Of a stretch of DNA of 24,529 nucleotides, positions 1 through 7,290 are shown piece after piece. The stretch lies in IMG/VR virus record IMGVR_UViG_3300012878_000055, positions 1 to 24,529 of that record; one strand, 5' to 3'. Within the stretch, counting starts at the first letter, position 1, and every line of letters starts with the position of its first letter. The notes beneath the pieces are model-generated. The model saw only the letters and a program-made list of their open reading frames with translations, made no database searches and had not been told where the DNA came from. The stretch comes from a virus (Duplodnaviria > Caudoviricetes). The position numbers and the translations under genes were made by a program.

Positions 1-1161
1 TCAGCCCCTGGGCAACGCCAGCCGCGCGCGTTGGCCCCTGCCGCCCACTGATACGGCGGTCTGCCGCCACTCCACCCTCAGGTCCAGTGCAACGTCCACC
101 AGCGGCTCCCGATGCCAGCCCTCGGCGTCCGCCCATTCGCGGTAGCCCTGCAGTTCCAGCCGGCCGTCGTCGCTGGCGGCGAGCACATCCAGCGAGGCGC
201 TGCGACGCTGCCCGCCCTCCCCTGCAAACACATGGCGACATACCGCCTGCCAGTGGCCGCGCCAGTACACCAGCCACACGCCCTCCACAGGCCGATGGGT
301 GGCATCCAGGCAGACACCGGCCACCACGATGCAATGGCCACCGGGACTGGCAATGACGGTGTCCAGATCGCAGACGTGGCGCCCGCTGTCCGTGCCGTCC
401 AGAGCCAGCGCGTAGGGCTGCGTGTGCGTGAAAAGGCCAGGGTGTGCGGTCAGCCGCAGGTCGTCGGGCAGCAGCAGGCGTGCGTTGAGCTCGCGACCGT
501 CGGGCAGCCGGTGGCGCAGCTGCGCCTGCATCGGGCTGGCCAAGGCCGGATCATCGGGCGCCAGCCAAAGGCCGTGGTACGCGCGCAGCGCGGTGGCCAC
601 ATGCGGCTGGCGCGACACCCACGCCGCCGCGGCCGCATCCCCGTCCGCCTGACGCCGTTCGCCGAGCATCTGCCAGAACACGTGGGGGACCGGGTTGAAG
701 TGAAGCAGGACCTTGCGTTGCTCGTCGTACCCCAGCACCCCATCGCTGCGGTCAACGTAGCCCGACGCGAGGCGCAGCGACGTTCCCGCCAGATCGGTCC
801 ACGTGCCGGTTTGCGCCGTGCCGCCGTCGCAGGCGATGTCGTCCACGATCGCACCGTCGCGCAGCATCTGCGTGCAGTAAGCCGGACCGCCCATGCCCAG
901 CTCGGCCCAGCCCAGGGTCACATCGCCGGCGGGCGGCTGGTGGGCGAAGGGCGACAACGGCGCCGAACGCAGTGTCGCGCCGCCTACCGGCAGCACGTCG
1001 CCAGCCAGGTCGAAGCGCGTCAGCAGGCTGTGCGTTGCAACGGAGGCAGCCAGTGCCGCAATCACGCCCAGTGGCGACCACCAGGCGATGCACACCGCCA
1101 CCAGCACCACACTGGGCAGCCAGCGGGTGTACCGCCGGAGTGCCGTACGGTCAGGTGGCAT
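1..1161 (-). CDS. Hypothetical protein with N-terminal membrane anchor (host side)
   Basis: 386-aa ORF with stop at 1-3; hydrophobic N-terminus (WLPSVVLVAVCIAWWSPLGVIAALAAS); host-like high GC. No family recognised. Confidence 0.7.
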   Translation of the reverse strand: MPPDRTALRRYTRWLPSVVLVAVCIAWWSPLGVIAALAASVATHSLLTRFDLAGDVLPVGGATLRSAPLSPFAHQPPAGDVTLGWAELGMGGPAYCTQMLRDGAIVDDIACDGGTAQTGTWTDLAGTSLRLASGYVDRSDGVLGYDEQRKVLLHFNPVPHVFWQMLGERRQADGDAAAAAWVSRQPHVATALRAYHGLWLAPDDPALASPMQAQLRHRLPDGRELNARLLLPDDLRLTAHPGLFTHTQPYALALDGTDSGRHVCDLDTVIASPGGHCIVVAGVCLDATHRPVEGVWLVYWRGHWQAVCRHVFAGEGGQRRSASLDVLAASDDGRLELQGYREWADAEGWHREPLVDVALDLRVEWRQTAVSVGGRGQRARLALPRG

Positions 1162-1415
1162 GCGCCGCCGCCCAAGAATCGGATGTACCCCTCGCCCAGC
1201 CGCCTACGATGTCCATTGCACTCCGGTTGCCACGCTGGTTCAGACAGCGTGTCATTCAAGCCGATAGCAGCGGCACGAGCAATGGCTGCATGGCCATCGG
1301 GAAGAGATCGGCCGCGTGGGGGAGCGCCCGCAACCGCACTGCTCGCGGTTGCGGGTAAAAAATGCGGCCTGTAGGCTCAGCGCTGCCCAAGGAGGGCTAT
1401 CAACGGAGATATGGC

Positions 1416-1622
1416 ATGAAGATTGGACTCAGGCTGTCTGTTGCTGTTGCTGCTATCGCATTCACGCTGGGAATTGGTTCTGCCACTGCGCAATCCACGC
1501 CGTGTGACGCCTGCTACGCAGCCTATCAAGCGTGCATGGCCAAGCCGACCGGGCAACTTCTGTGCTACGGCGCGCTATCGCGATGCCTGAAGAATTCCAC
1601 CGGGTGCAACCCGCCGAACTGA
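1416..1622 (+). CDS. Small secreted six-cysteine protein (68 aa)
   Basis: ATG at 1416 with GGAG at 1405-1408; signal peptide MKIGLRLSVAVAAIAFTLGIGSATA; mature part C-x2-C-x6-C-x9-C-x6-C-x6-C. Confidence 0.8.
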   Translation: MKIGLRLSVAVAAIAFTLGIGSATAQSTPCDACYAAYQACMAKPTGQLLCYGALSRCLKNSTGCNPPN

Positions 1623-1634
1623 CCCGCTGTACGC

Positions 1635-1661
1635 GCCAGCCCTCATGCAGTGGGGGCTGGC
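1635..1661 (+). terminator. GC-rich hairpin after the small Cys-rich gene (possible terminator/stabiliser)
   Basis: gccagccctc-N7-gggggctggc; no clear U-tract. Confidence 0.35.
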
Positions 1662-1800
1662 TCGATACTCCCATGCAGAACGCTCCCAGCCGTGTGGTGA
1701 TGGCGCGTCCGGGATGGCCCCGCGTGCGTCGCGGCGGGTTACATTGAGCGCGGTCTGCATTGCCCACACCACCCTCAGTGCCACTGCCCGCATGGATCGC

Positions 1801-2541
1801 ATGATGAACGCCCGCCACCGCGTGCTGGTTGGCCTGTTGGGCATCTGCCTGGCCACGGCGACGCATGCGGCGCCCGCGTCGTTCACCAGCTACGGTGACT
1901 TTTACCGATCCCTCGGCGGCACCCTGTTTCCGGGGTCGGGCACGGACATGGCGATGCCCTGCACGGACGCGCCCCGCAACTGCGTCTGGGTGACCTCGAT
2001 GGGCCAGGCGCTACGACGTTTCGACCAGACCCTGTGGAGCGGGCCGGGCGACCTGGCCATGACACCCCCTGCCGGCGTACCCGATGTGGCGTTCGACGGC
2101 GAGGCGTTGGTGGTGGGTACGCAGCGCTGGCCCCTGAGCCGCGCGATCAACCTCGCGCCCGCACCGTGGAATGACAACGCGCCGATCGCTGCCGAAAACG
2201 TGGCGGTCATGACGCTGTGGCACCGCGGCAACTCGGTGTGCCTGGACATCCGCCAGGTCAGCAGCGGCAAGGGCGACCGCTACACCAAGGTAGTGCTGCT
2301 GCATGAGAAGCGGCTCTACGTACTGCCCCCGCTGTTCGGCACCTGTGCCGCCATTCGCGAAGCGCCGCACCACGGGTTCAGCTATCCGCGCAACACCTAC
2401 CTGGGCGCCGGGATGGAAAGCGATCCGGAAGGCCTGCAGGTGGACTACCTGCTGTCTGACGGCATCACCCGCGTCGAACGGTACCGGCTGCGCTTCCCTG
2501 ACCACGACAATACCTTCGTGTTCGAGGCCATGCGCGAGTAA
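1801..2541 (+). CDS. Hypothetical secreted protein
   Basis: Within ORF 1645-2541; ATGATG at 1801 is followed by a signal peptide (MMNARHRVLVGLLGICLATATHA|A); high GC3 codon usage. Confidence 0.75.
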   Translation: MMNARHRVLVGLLGICLATATHAAPASFTSYGDFYRSLGGTLFPGSGTDMAMPCTDAPRNCVWVTSMGQALRRFDQTLWSGPGDLAMTPPAGVPDVAFDGEALVVGTQRWPLSRAINLAPAPWNDNAPIAAENVAVMTLWHRGNSVCLDIRQVSSGKGDRYTKVVLLHEKRLYVLPPLFGTCAAIREAPHHGFSYPRNTYLGAGMESDPEGLQVDYLLSDGITRVERYRLRFPDHDNTFVFEAMRE

Positions 2542-2723
2542 GTAGGGGATGGCAGCGGCCAATGCGCGACGATGGTTGCCCGGACATGCTGGACATGCCC
2601 GGATCTGGCGTCCTGTACGGATGCCGCGGGCGAGAGATGCGATAGCGGTGCGCATGCAGGGAGGCGTAAGCCGCAGGGTTCAACGGTTTGCAGAACGCCG
2701 CAGGCTGCAGCGGAAGCCGGTGA

Positions 2724-2770
2724 TGGAGCGGGTGAAGGGAATCGAACCCTCGTCAGTAGCTTGGGAAGCT
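2724..2770 (-). pseudogene. 3' fragment of tRNA-Gly(CCC); prophage att core (displaced tRNA 3' end)
   Basis: Reverse complement agcttCCCaagctactgacgagggttcgattcccttcacccgctCCA has the anticodon arm, T-arm GGTTCGA and CCA end. The 5' half (D-arm) is missing. Confidence 0.9.
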
Positions 2771-2788
2771 CCGAACCATACCCATATA

Positions 2789-2801
2789 TATCAACACGTT
2801 A
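2789..2801 (+). promoter_or_regulatory. IHF binding site in att arm
   Basis: TATCAACACGTTA is an exact match to the IHF consensus WATCAANNNNTTR, 18 bp from the tRNA core. Confidence 0.75.
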
Positions 2802-2812
2802 GCATGCATTCC

Positions 2813-2885
2813 CGCTCCGCAAAGCAGCGAATGGGACCTCAATGAACCCCGGGGGAAAGGCACTGTTTCCCAGGATTGCGGAGCG
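2813..2885. repeat. 10-bp inverted repeat, candidate integrase arm-type sites
   Basis: cgctccgcaa (2813-2822) and ttgcggagcg (2876-2885) are perfect reverse complements next to the IHF site. Confidence 0.55.
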
Positions 2886-2917
2886 CTAAAGTAGGCGCAA
2901 CAACCTGGGGGTGAGGC

Positions 2918-3124
2918 GTGGTAAAGACCTGGAGCAAAGAAGCGGCACCCGACAAGGCTTGTAAGCATTGTGGTGCCATTTACTCGGTCGAGATCTACAG
3001 GGTGCCAGTGAAGGACGACGATTCTTTCACTTGCAGGTGCGGACAGGTGCTGGACAAATGGAGATCCACTTCGATCCCCGAATACACCTTAAAGACGCCA
3101 GGAGCAGACAAAACAGATGACTGA
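2918..3124 (+). CDS. Small Zn-ribbon-like protein (68 aa)
   Basis: GTG start after GGGGGTGAGG; CKHCG and CRCG knuckles. Confidence 0.7.
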   Translation: MVKTWSKEAAPDKACKHCGAIYSVEIYRVPVKDDDSFTCRCGQVLDKWRSTSIPEYTLKTPGADKTDD

Positions 3125-3146
3125 GCCGCCGCATTGCTGAAAAGGA

Positions 3147-3194
3147 GGATTGAAAATCCCCGTGTCGGCGGTTCGATTCCGTCCTCGGCCACCA
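3147..3194 (+). pseudogene. 3' fragment of tRNA-Phe(GAA); second att-like core
   Basis: ggattGAAaatccccgtgtcggcggttcgattccgtcctcggccaCCA has the anticodon loop, T-arm and CCA. The upstream sequence does not supply a D-arm or acceptor 5' strand. Confidence 0.9.
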
Positions 3195-3200
3195 TAATTT

Positions 3201-3235
3201 AAGGGCTCGCAGCAATGCGGGCCCTTTCTCTTTTT
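3201..3235 (+). terminator. Rho-independent terminator
   Basis: aagggctcgc-agcaat-gcgggccctt followed by tctcttttt. Confidence 0.8.
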
Positions 3236-3239
3236 GAAG

Positions 3240-3258
3240 TTGCACGGAATTTGCACGG
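3240..3258 (+). repeat. Tandem TTGCACGG repeats, candidate arm-type sites
   Basis: ttgcacgg at 3240-3247 and 3251-3258 (11-bp period) just beyond the tRNA-Phe core and terminator. Confidence 0.55.
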
Positions 3259-3343
3259 CTACTGGCGGCTGCCGTCGAGCCTTCCTGGGTCTTCTCCGCG
3301 ATATGCTCCATGTGTCGACCACTCCCAATGGATGGAGTTGTAC

Positions 3344-3940
3344 ATGGACCCGGTTGAACTCGCTCGCCTCCAAGCAATCTTCGAATCCGTAAAACACATA
3401 CCCAGCGATACTGAGTCTTTGCGCGACGAGGACTATCTTCTTCTGGGACAATTTGTCCAAGTCTTCTGCGTGGCCGACTTAGAATCGCGGCGAGTGATTG
3501 CCGCGATGCAAACGATCGTCGGCAACAAGAGCGTGGATGTAAGGAAGCTCCCGGACAAGACGGTGATTGAGCACTTGGCCATAAGCGCACGGGACTGGCC
3601 TGGCCAGAAGGAGATCGGCAAAGGGCTGGCTGTCGTCGCTGACACACTCTCCAAACACCACCAGGTTCGCCATATCTGCGCGCATTGGGCGGCTCGCCGC
3701 ATCAAGGGACACGATGCGTATTTCTTCATTTCGACCAGCGGTAACCATAAGCCCCCAGTGGGCGGACACCACGTCGGCGCTGACGATCCCGATGCCGATG
3801 CTGAGTTCAGGATGTTGGCAAAGACCATGATTATGGAAGAGCTCATCAAGCTCCGGCAGCATGCGACCTTTCTTGGCTCTCTTGCGCCTTACCTCGAAAA
3901 CAACATCGTTGCCCTAAAGAAGCAGCACGGCGCGATGTAG
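3344..3940 (+). CDS. Putative HEPN-domain RNase
   Basis: ATG 3344 after GGAG; helical protein with N-terminal LGQFVQVFCVADLE helix and R-x4-H motif (RHICAH); lower GC than the tail genes. Confidence 0.6.
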   Translation: MDPVELARLQAIFESVKHIPSDTESLRDEDYLLLGQFVQVFCVADLESRRVIAAMQTIVGNKSVDVRKLPDKTVIEHLAISARDWPGQKEIGKGLAVVADTLSKHHQVRHICAHWAARRIKGHDAYFFISTSGNHKPPVGGHHVGADDPDADAEFRMLAKTMIMEELIKLRQHATFLGSLAPYLENNIVALKKQHGAM

Positions 3941-3998
3941 AGCCGTCAGCCCCTACCATGTCAAGGTCAGGGAAGATCAACAAAAACAACGACTAAGC

Positions 3999-4042
3999 CG
4001 ATCACCCGCGATCACTTGCGATCCATGGGAATCAATGACTTA
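3999..4042 (+). promoter_or_regulatory. Triple CGATC(AC) repeat plus IHF site; att-arm-like remnant
   Basis: cgatcac 3999, cgatcac 4009, cgatcc 4019 (10-bp period); AATCAATGACTTA at 4030-4042 matches WATCAANNNNTTR. Confidence 0.5.
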
Positions 4043-4450
4043 TCAAGTGGGCGGGGTCAGTTTGGGGTCAGTGAAAGGAAGCGCTTTCAATGCCTCCCTC
4101 AATCTCCGCTCCTGCGGGCTCTCGACCGGTTTACGCTTGGGCTTGGCCGGTGGTGCCGGCGGGTCGCCGACGAGCTGCGCAACAGCCTCCTTCATAGGCA
4201 CCCCTACCAGTACCCGGACCGCACACCACCTTTCGGCGTAACGCTTGCCCTGGTCCAAGCTTCCCGCTCGAACCTGTTTGTCCTGCCAGAGCTTCCTGCA
4301 GGAAAGAACGACCCGGATGCCTTGGGCGGCCGGCTGTACGCTGGCGATCTGAGGGTTCCCCCACCAAAGACCCCAGTGGTCGCCCTTCTGCCCCCAGCCT
4401 CGCCGCCGGGGTGCAAGCATGAATCCGGTATCGGCGCAGGTTGGGAGCAT
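4043..4450 (-). CDS. Trp-rich hypothetical protein, paralogue copy 1 (135 aa)
   Basis: Start set at 4450 by alignment with 7291-7695; 66 of the first 90 residues identical by manual count. Confidence 0.8.
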   Translation of the reverse strand: MLPTCADTGFMLAPRRRGWGQKGDHWGLWWGNPQIASVQPAAQGIRVVLSCRKLWQDKQVRAGSLDQGKRYAERWCAVRVLVGVPMKEAVAQLVGDPPAPPAKPKRKPVESPQERRLREALKALPFTDPKLTPPT

Positions 4451-4457
4451 GCCTGGG

Positions 4458-4478
4458 AGGATACGCCCGGGCGTCTCA
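4458..4478 (-). promoter_or_regulatory. Conserved upstream motif copy 1 (palindrome plus -10 TATCCT)
   Basis: aggatacgcccgggcgtctca is identical to 7703-7723 and contains the 12-bp palindrome ACGCCCGGGCGT. Confidence 0.7.
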
Positions 4479-4495
4479 GCAATTGCGACTGATTT

Positions 4496-4560
4496 GCATG
4501 CATCTTGCGTCGTCATGCTTGCTGAGGCATATTGCAAGCATCTTGGAACGGAGTGCTTGC
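4496..4560. promoter_or_regulatory. Two tandem inverted-repeat operators GCAAGCAT-N11-ATGCTTGC overlapping the P63C promoter/RBS
   Basis: Half-sites at 4496, 4515, 4534 and 4553 in alternating orientation; candidate TTGCGT-17-CATATT promoter at 4505-4533. Confidence 0.7.
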
Positions 4561-4561
4561 G

Positions 4562-5569
4562 ATGACAGACGAAAGCTCTACCAATACCCCTCAGTCCGCA
4601 GGCGGGCTAGCGCGGGCAACTTCTCTTACCGGCGCAAAACGATCCGAGATCGCTAAAAAGGCAGCCGAGGCCAGGTGGGGTAGCGCGAAAAAAGCGACCC
4701 ACGAAGGCACTCTGACCGTCGGGGGAGTGCCAATCACCTGCTACGTGCTAGAGGACGGCAACCGATACATCAGCACGCGCGGGATCATGAAAGCCCTGAA
4801 GCGGCCTTGGCGCGGGAGGAAGTATGCCGGGACCGAAATGCCAGTTTTCTTGGAGGCGGCAAACCTTACCTCCTTTATAAACAGTGACTTAAAGGAAATT
4901 CTGACCGGGACCGAAGTTCGCAGCACTAAAGGTGTGGTGTCCGAAGCGTTCAGGGCTGAAGCTCTGCCAGCCGTCTGTGATATCTATCTGCGAGCGCGTA
5001 GCGAAAACGCACTTACCGCCACCCAGTTGGTAGTAGCACAGCAGGCTGAGGTTCTAGTTCGAGCTCTTTCTCAGCTCGGCATCATCGCGCTGGTCGACGA
5101 AGCCACTGGCTACCAAGAAGTGCGCCCGCGGGATGCGCTACAGCAGTACCTGGACATCGTACTGCGAAAAGAGCTCGCCGCTTGGACAAAGCGTTTCCCC
5201 GATGAGTTTTACGAGAACATCTACAAGCTCAAAGGCTGGCCTTGGCCCGGCATGAAGAAAAACAGGTTTAGCGTGGTGGCGCATTACACTCGCGACCTGG
5301 TGTATGACCGACTCGGGACCGGCGTATTGAAAGAACTGGAGATGCGCACGCCAAAGAGTGACAGCGGAAACCGTCCCAACAAGCTCCACCAGTGGCTTTC
5401 CGACGATGTTGGGCATCCCCTTCTAGCCCAGCATCTTCACTCGCTAATCATGTTTCAGCGCCTGGCCATTGCCAGTGGCCATGGCTGGCAACGCTACGTA
5501 AAGATGGTGGACCAAGTTTTGCCTAGGAAAGGCGACACCCTTGAGCTGCCACTCAGCGAACCTGAGTGA
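4562..5569 (+). CDS. P63C-domain protein (phage regulatory/antirepressor-like family)
   Basis: N-terminal GGLARA...RSEIAKKAAEARW motif; CYVLEDG.R; GIIALVDEATGYQ; WTKRFPDEFYENIYKLKGW; KLHQWLS are hallmarks of P63C proteins. GGAG RBS at 4550. Confidence 0.85.
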   Translation: MTDESSTNTPQSAGGLARATSLTGAKRSEIAKKAAEARWGSAKKATHEGTLTVGGVPITCYVLEDGNRYISTRGIMKALKRPWRGRKYAGTEMPVFLEAANLTSFINSDLKEILTGTEVRSTKGVVSEAFRAEALPAVCDIYLRARSENALTATQLVVAQQAEVLVRALSQLGIIALVDEATGYQEVRPRDALQQYLDIVLRKELAAWTKRFPDEFYENIYKLKGWPWPGMKKNRFSVVAHYTRDLVYDRLGTGVLKELEMRTPKSDSGNRPNKLHQWLSDDVGHPLLAQHLHSLIMFQRLAIASGHGWQRYVKMVDQVLPRKGDTLELPLSEPE

Positions 5570-5813
5570 TCATGCGCAGCGTTACATTAAAAAACCTGGC
5601 CTTGCCCCGCTCGATTTAGCCGCGCCAGCACACGCCATCTCCGAACTACACCGCGTCGATCAAGGAGCTTCCAGGTGCATTCCGCTGACACCAACAGGCC
5701 ATGCTGCAGTCAATCCTAGATCATAGGGAACGTAGATGGTGTATATCTTCCACCACACCCGATGGCCGCACCGTACAACGGTGTAGCGTTGCTGCCCACG
5801 AACGGAATCAATT

Positions 5814-6551
5814 ATGACGCCTGCCGAACTGCACTTCCATTACACCGAAGCAATCAGAACCATGCCTCCTTTCGAGTACTCGGAGACATTTACTCACCTC
5901 ACAAAAGAGCAGGTGGCCTGGCAGGCCAGAACCCTTGCTTACCTGGAGCTTCAAGGCAAGGTTCTCGATGTACACAGTTTCAAATCTGCGATTGCGCGGT
6001 CAGCCATGCCTGCAAGCCGTGTAGCTGCGGGCTTGGAGTTCTACCAGATATTGACCACCGCAGTCACACGTGCAGAAATTGAGATGCCGGCCGGGGCCAG
6101 AGGCGCCTTTGTTCCAGTGGGTGATCAATTCGATGCATTGAGGTCCATCACCGAGTTGGTGCAGGGTGCCAACCATGATCTATTCGTTGTGGATCCTTAC
6201 GCGGACGCGAGTTTTCTTCTTCGCTTCGCACAGGCTGCGCGACCGGGCGTGCATATTCGAATCCTTCGAGACGCAAAGTACCAAGAGATCGGCAGACAAC
6301 TTCAGGTCGCGAAAGATGCCTGGGTGGGTCAGTATGGTAATGAGCATCCATTGGAAGTTCGGAGCGCACCCAGTAAGACCTTACATGACAGATTCATCGC
6401 ACAGGACTCAGCGAGTGTATTCCTGGTCTCGCAGTCTCTGAAGGACTTGGCCGTGCGATCGCCAGCCACTATTCAAAAGGCTGACGCGGGAATCGCTATT
6501 GAAAAGCTCGAGGCCTACGAAGCGATGTGGCAGGACGCGCCCCCGATGTAA
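5814..6551 (+). CDS. PLD-like (HDR-variant) nuclease-domain protein
   Basis: LFVVDPY strand and LHDRFIAQD...VFLVSQSLKDL motif typical of single-domain PLD-superfamily nucleases; helical N-terminal domain. Confidence 0.7.
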   Translation: MTPAELHFHYTEAIRTMPPFEYSETFTHLTKEQVAWQARTLAYLELQGKVLDVHSFKSAIARSAMPASRVAAGLEFYQILTTAVTRAEIEMPAGARGAFVPVGDQFDALRSITELVQGANHDLFVVDPYADASFLLRFAQAARPGVHIRILRDAKYQEIGRQLQVAKDAWVGQYGNEHPLEVRSAPSKTLHDRFIAQDSASVFLVSQSLKDLAVRSPATIQKADAGIAIEKLEAYEAMWQDAPPM

Positions 6552-6560
6552 CTGCACTAT

Positions 6561-6600
6561 GCGGCAAGTCGGTGCTCGTAGTACGGGTGCCGCTTGTCGT
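6561..6600 (+). terminator. Long G:U-rich hairpin between convergent genes
   Basis: gcggcaagtcggtgctcgta pairs with tacgggtgccgcttgtcgt; several G:U pairs mean it folds well only on the + strand transcript. Confidence 0.5.
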
Positions 6601-6649
6601 CAAAGATCCCGCGCAGATCAACCATCGACTGTTCTGCTGGCATCAACCT

Positions 6650-7264
6650 CTACAGAACCCCTAGGTCCCGCAGGTCGATATGATCGCGCTGTAGCAGCGC
6701 GGCGAGAAGCCGACCGCCAGCGACTCGGCGACCCGAGGCTTGATTGAGGTATTCGGCTTGGAGACGTCCCGCTTCCAGCACAGCCGCCATCTCAAAGCTA
6801 TCCGACCTACCCCGTAGCGGATCGCCTGGCGAAGCTAAGCCTCCCTCCAGCGCTTGGGCGACGACTGGCTCCCCATTGGCGCTCTTGGCGTAGGCAGTGG
6901 CCATCATCCGGCCGCTCTTGGGCGACCACCCACCGAGCACGATCTCGGTGTGAAGCTGGTCTCGGGGGATGCCGGCCCGGTCAGCGGCCGCCACGTAGTT
7001 TGGCCACAGCTGCTCGATCACCAGCCCCAGCTCGGCCATGAGCTGCTCCATGGTGAAGTCCGCCCGGAAGCTCGCCTGCAGGCTCAGCTCGTACAGCCGA
7101 AGGAAGAACTGGGCCGACCCTCGGGTGGCCATCACCAGGTTGTGCTGGGGGATCACCAGCAATTTGGCGGCCGAGGAAGGCTCGCCCGTCATGGCATCCG
7201 TGGCCAACGTGTCTACAGCAACCAAGAGCTTTTCAGGGGTCAGTAGGACGTTGAGGATGCTCAT
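6650..7264 (-). CDS. Proteasome-beta/HslV-like Ntn hydrolase with N-terminal Ser
   Basis: After Met removal: Ser1, Asp17 (VAVD), Lys33 (AAKL), Gly48 (ATRG), matching the Thr1/Asp17/Lys33/Gly47 pattern; IVLGGWS strand downstream. Confidence 0.7.
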   Translation of the reverse strand: MSILNVLLTPEKLLVAVDTLATDAMTGEPSSAAKLLVIPQHNLVMATRGSAQFFLRLYELSLQASFRADFTMEQLMAELGLVIEQLWPNYVAAADRAGIPRDQLHTEIVLGGWSPKSGRMMATAYAKSANGEPVVAQALEGGLASPGDPLRGRSDSFEMAAVLEAGRLQAEYLNQASGRRVAGGRLLAALLQRDHIDLRDLGVL

Positions 7265-7290
7265 CGAGTAGCCCGCATGGCGAAGCTGAA

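Noticed and set aside
112-1374. 420-aa plus-strand ORF
   Set aside because: Antisense shadow of the 1-1161 gene, expected in high-GC DNA; no motif or RBS support.
2581-2600. ggacatgc tandem repeat on the host side
   Set aside because: Only two 8-bp copies with no supporting context; could be chance.
2724-3194. Two functional tRNA genes
   Set aside because: Both lack the D-arm and acceptor 5' strand; they are only 3' fragments.
5570-5813. Possible small gene or ncRNA between P63C and the PLD-like gene
   Set aside because: Only short ORFs without RBS and one small hairpin (5769-5783); nothing supportable.
6546-6640. Integron attC-like site after the PLD-like gene (TAAC at stop plus imperfect hairpin)
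   Set aside because: Ends do not fit RYYYAAC/GTTRRRY, there is no second copy and no integron integrase.
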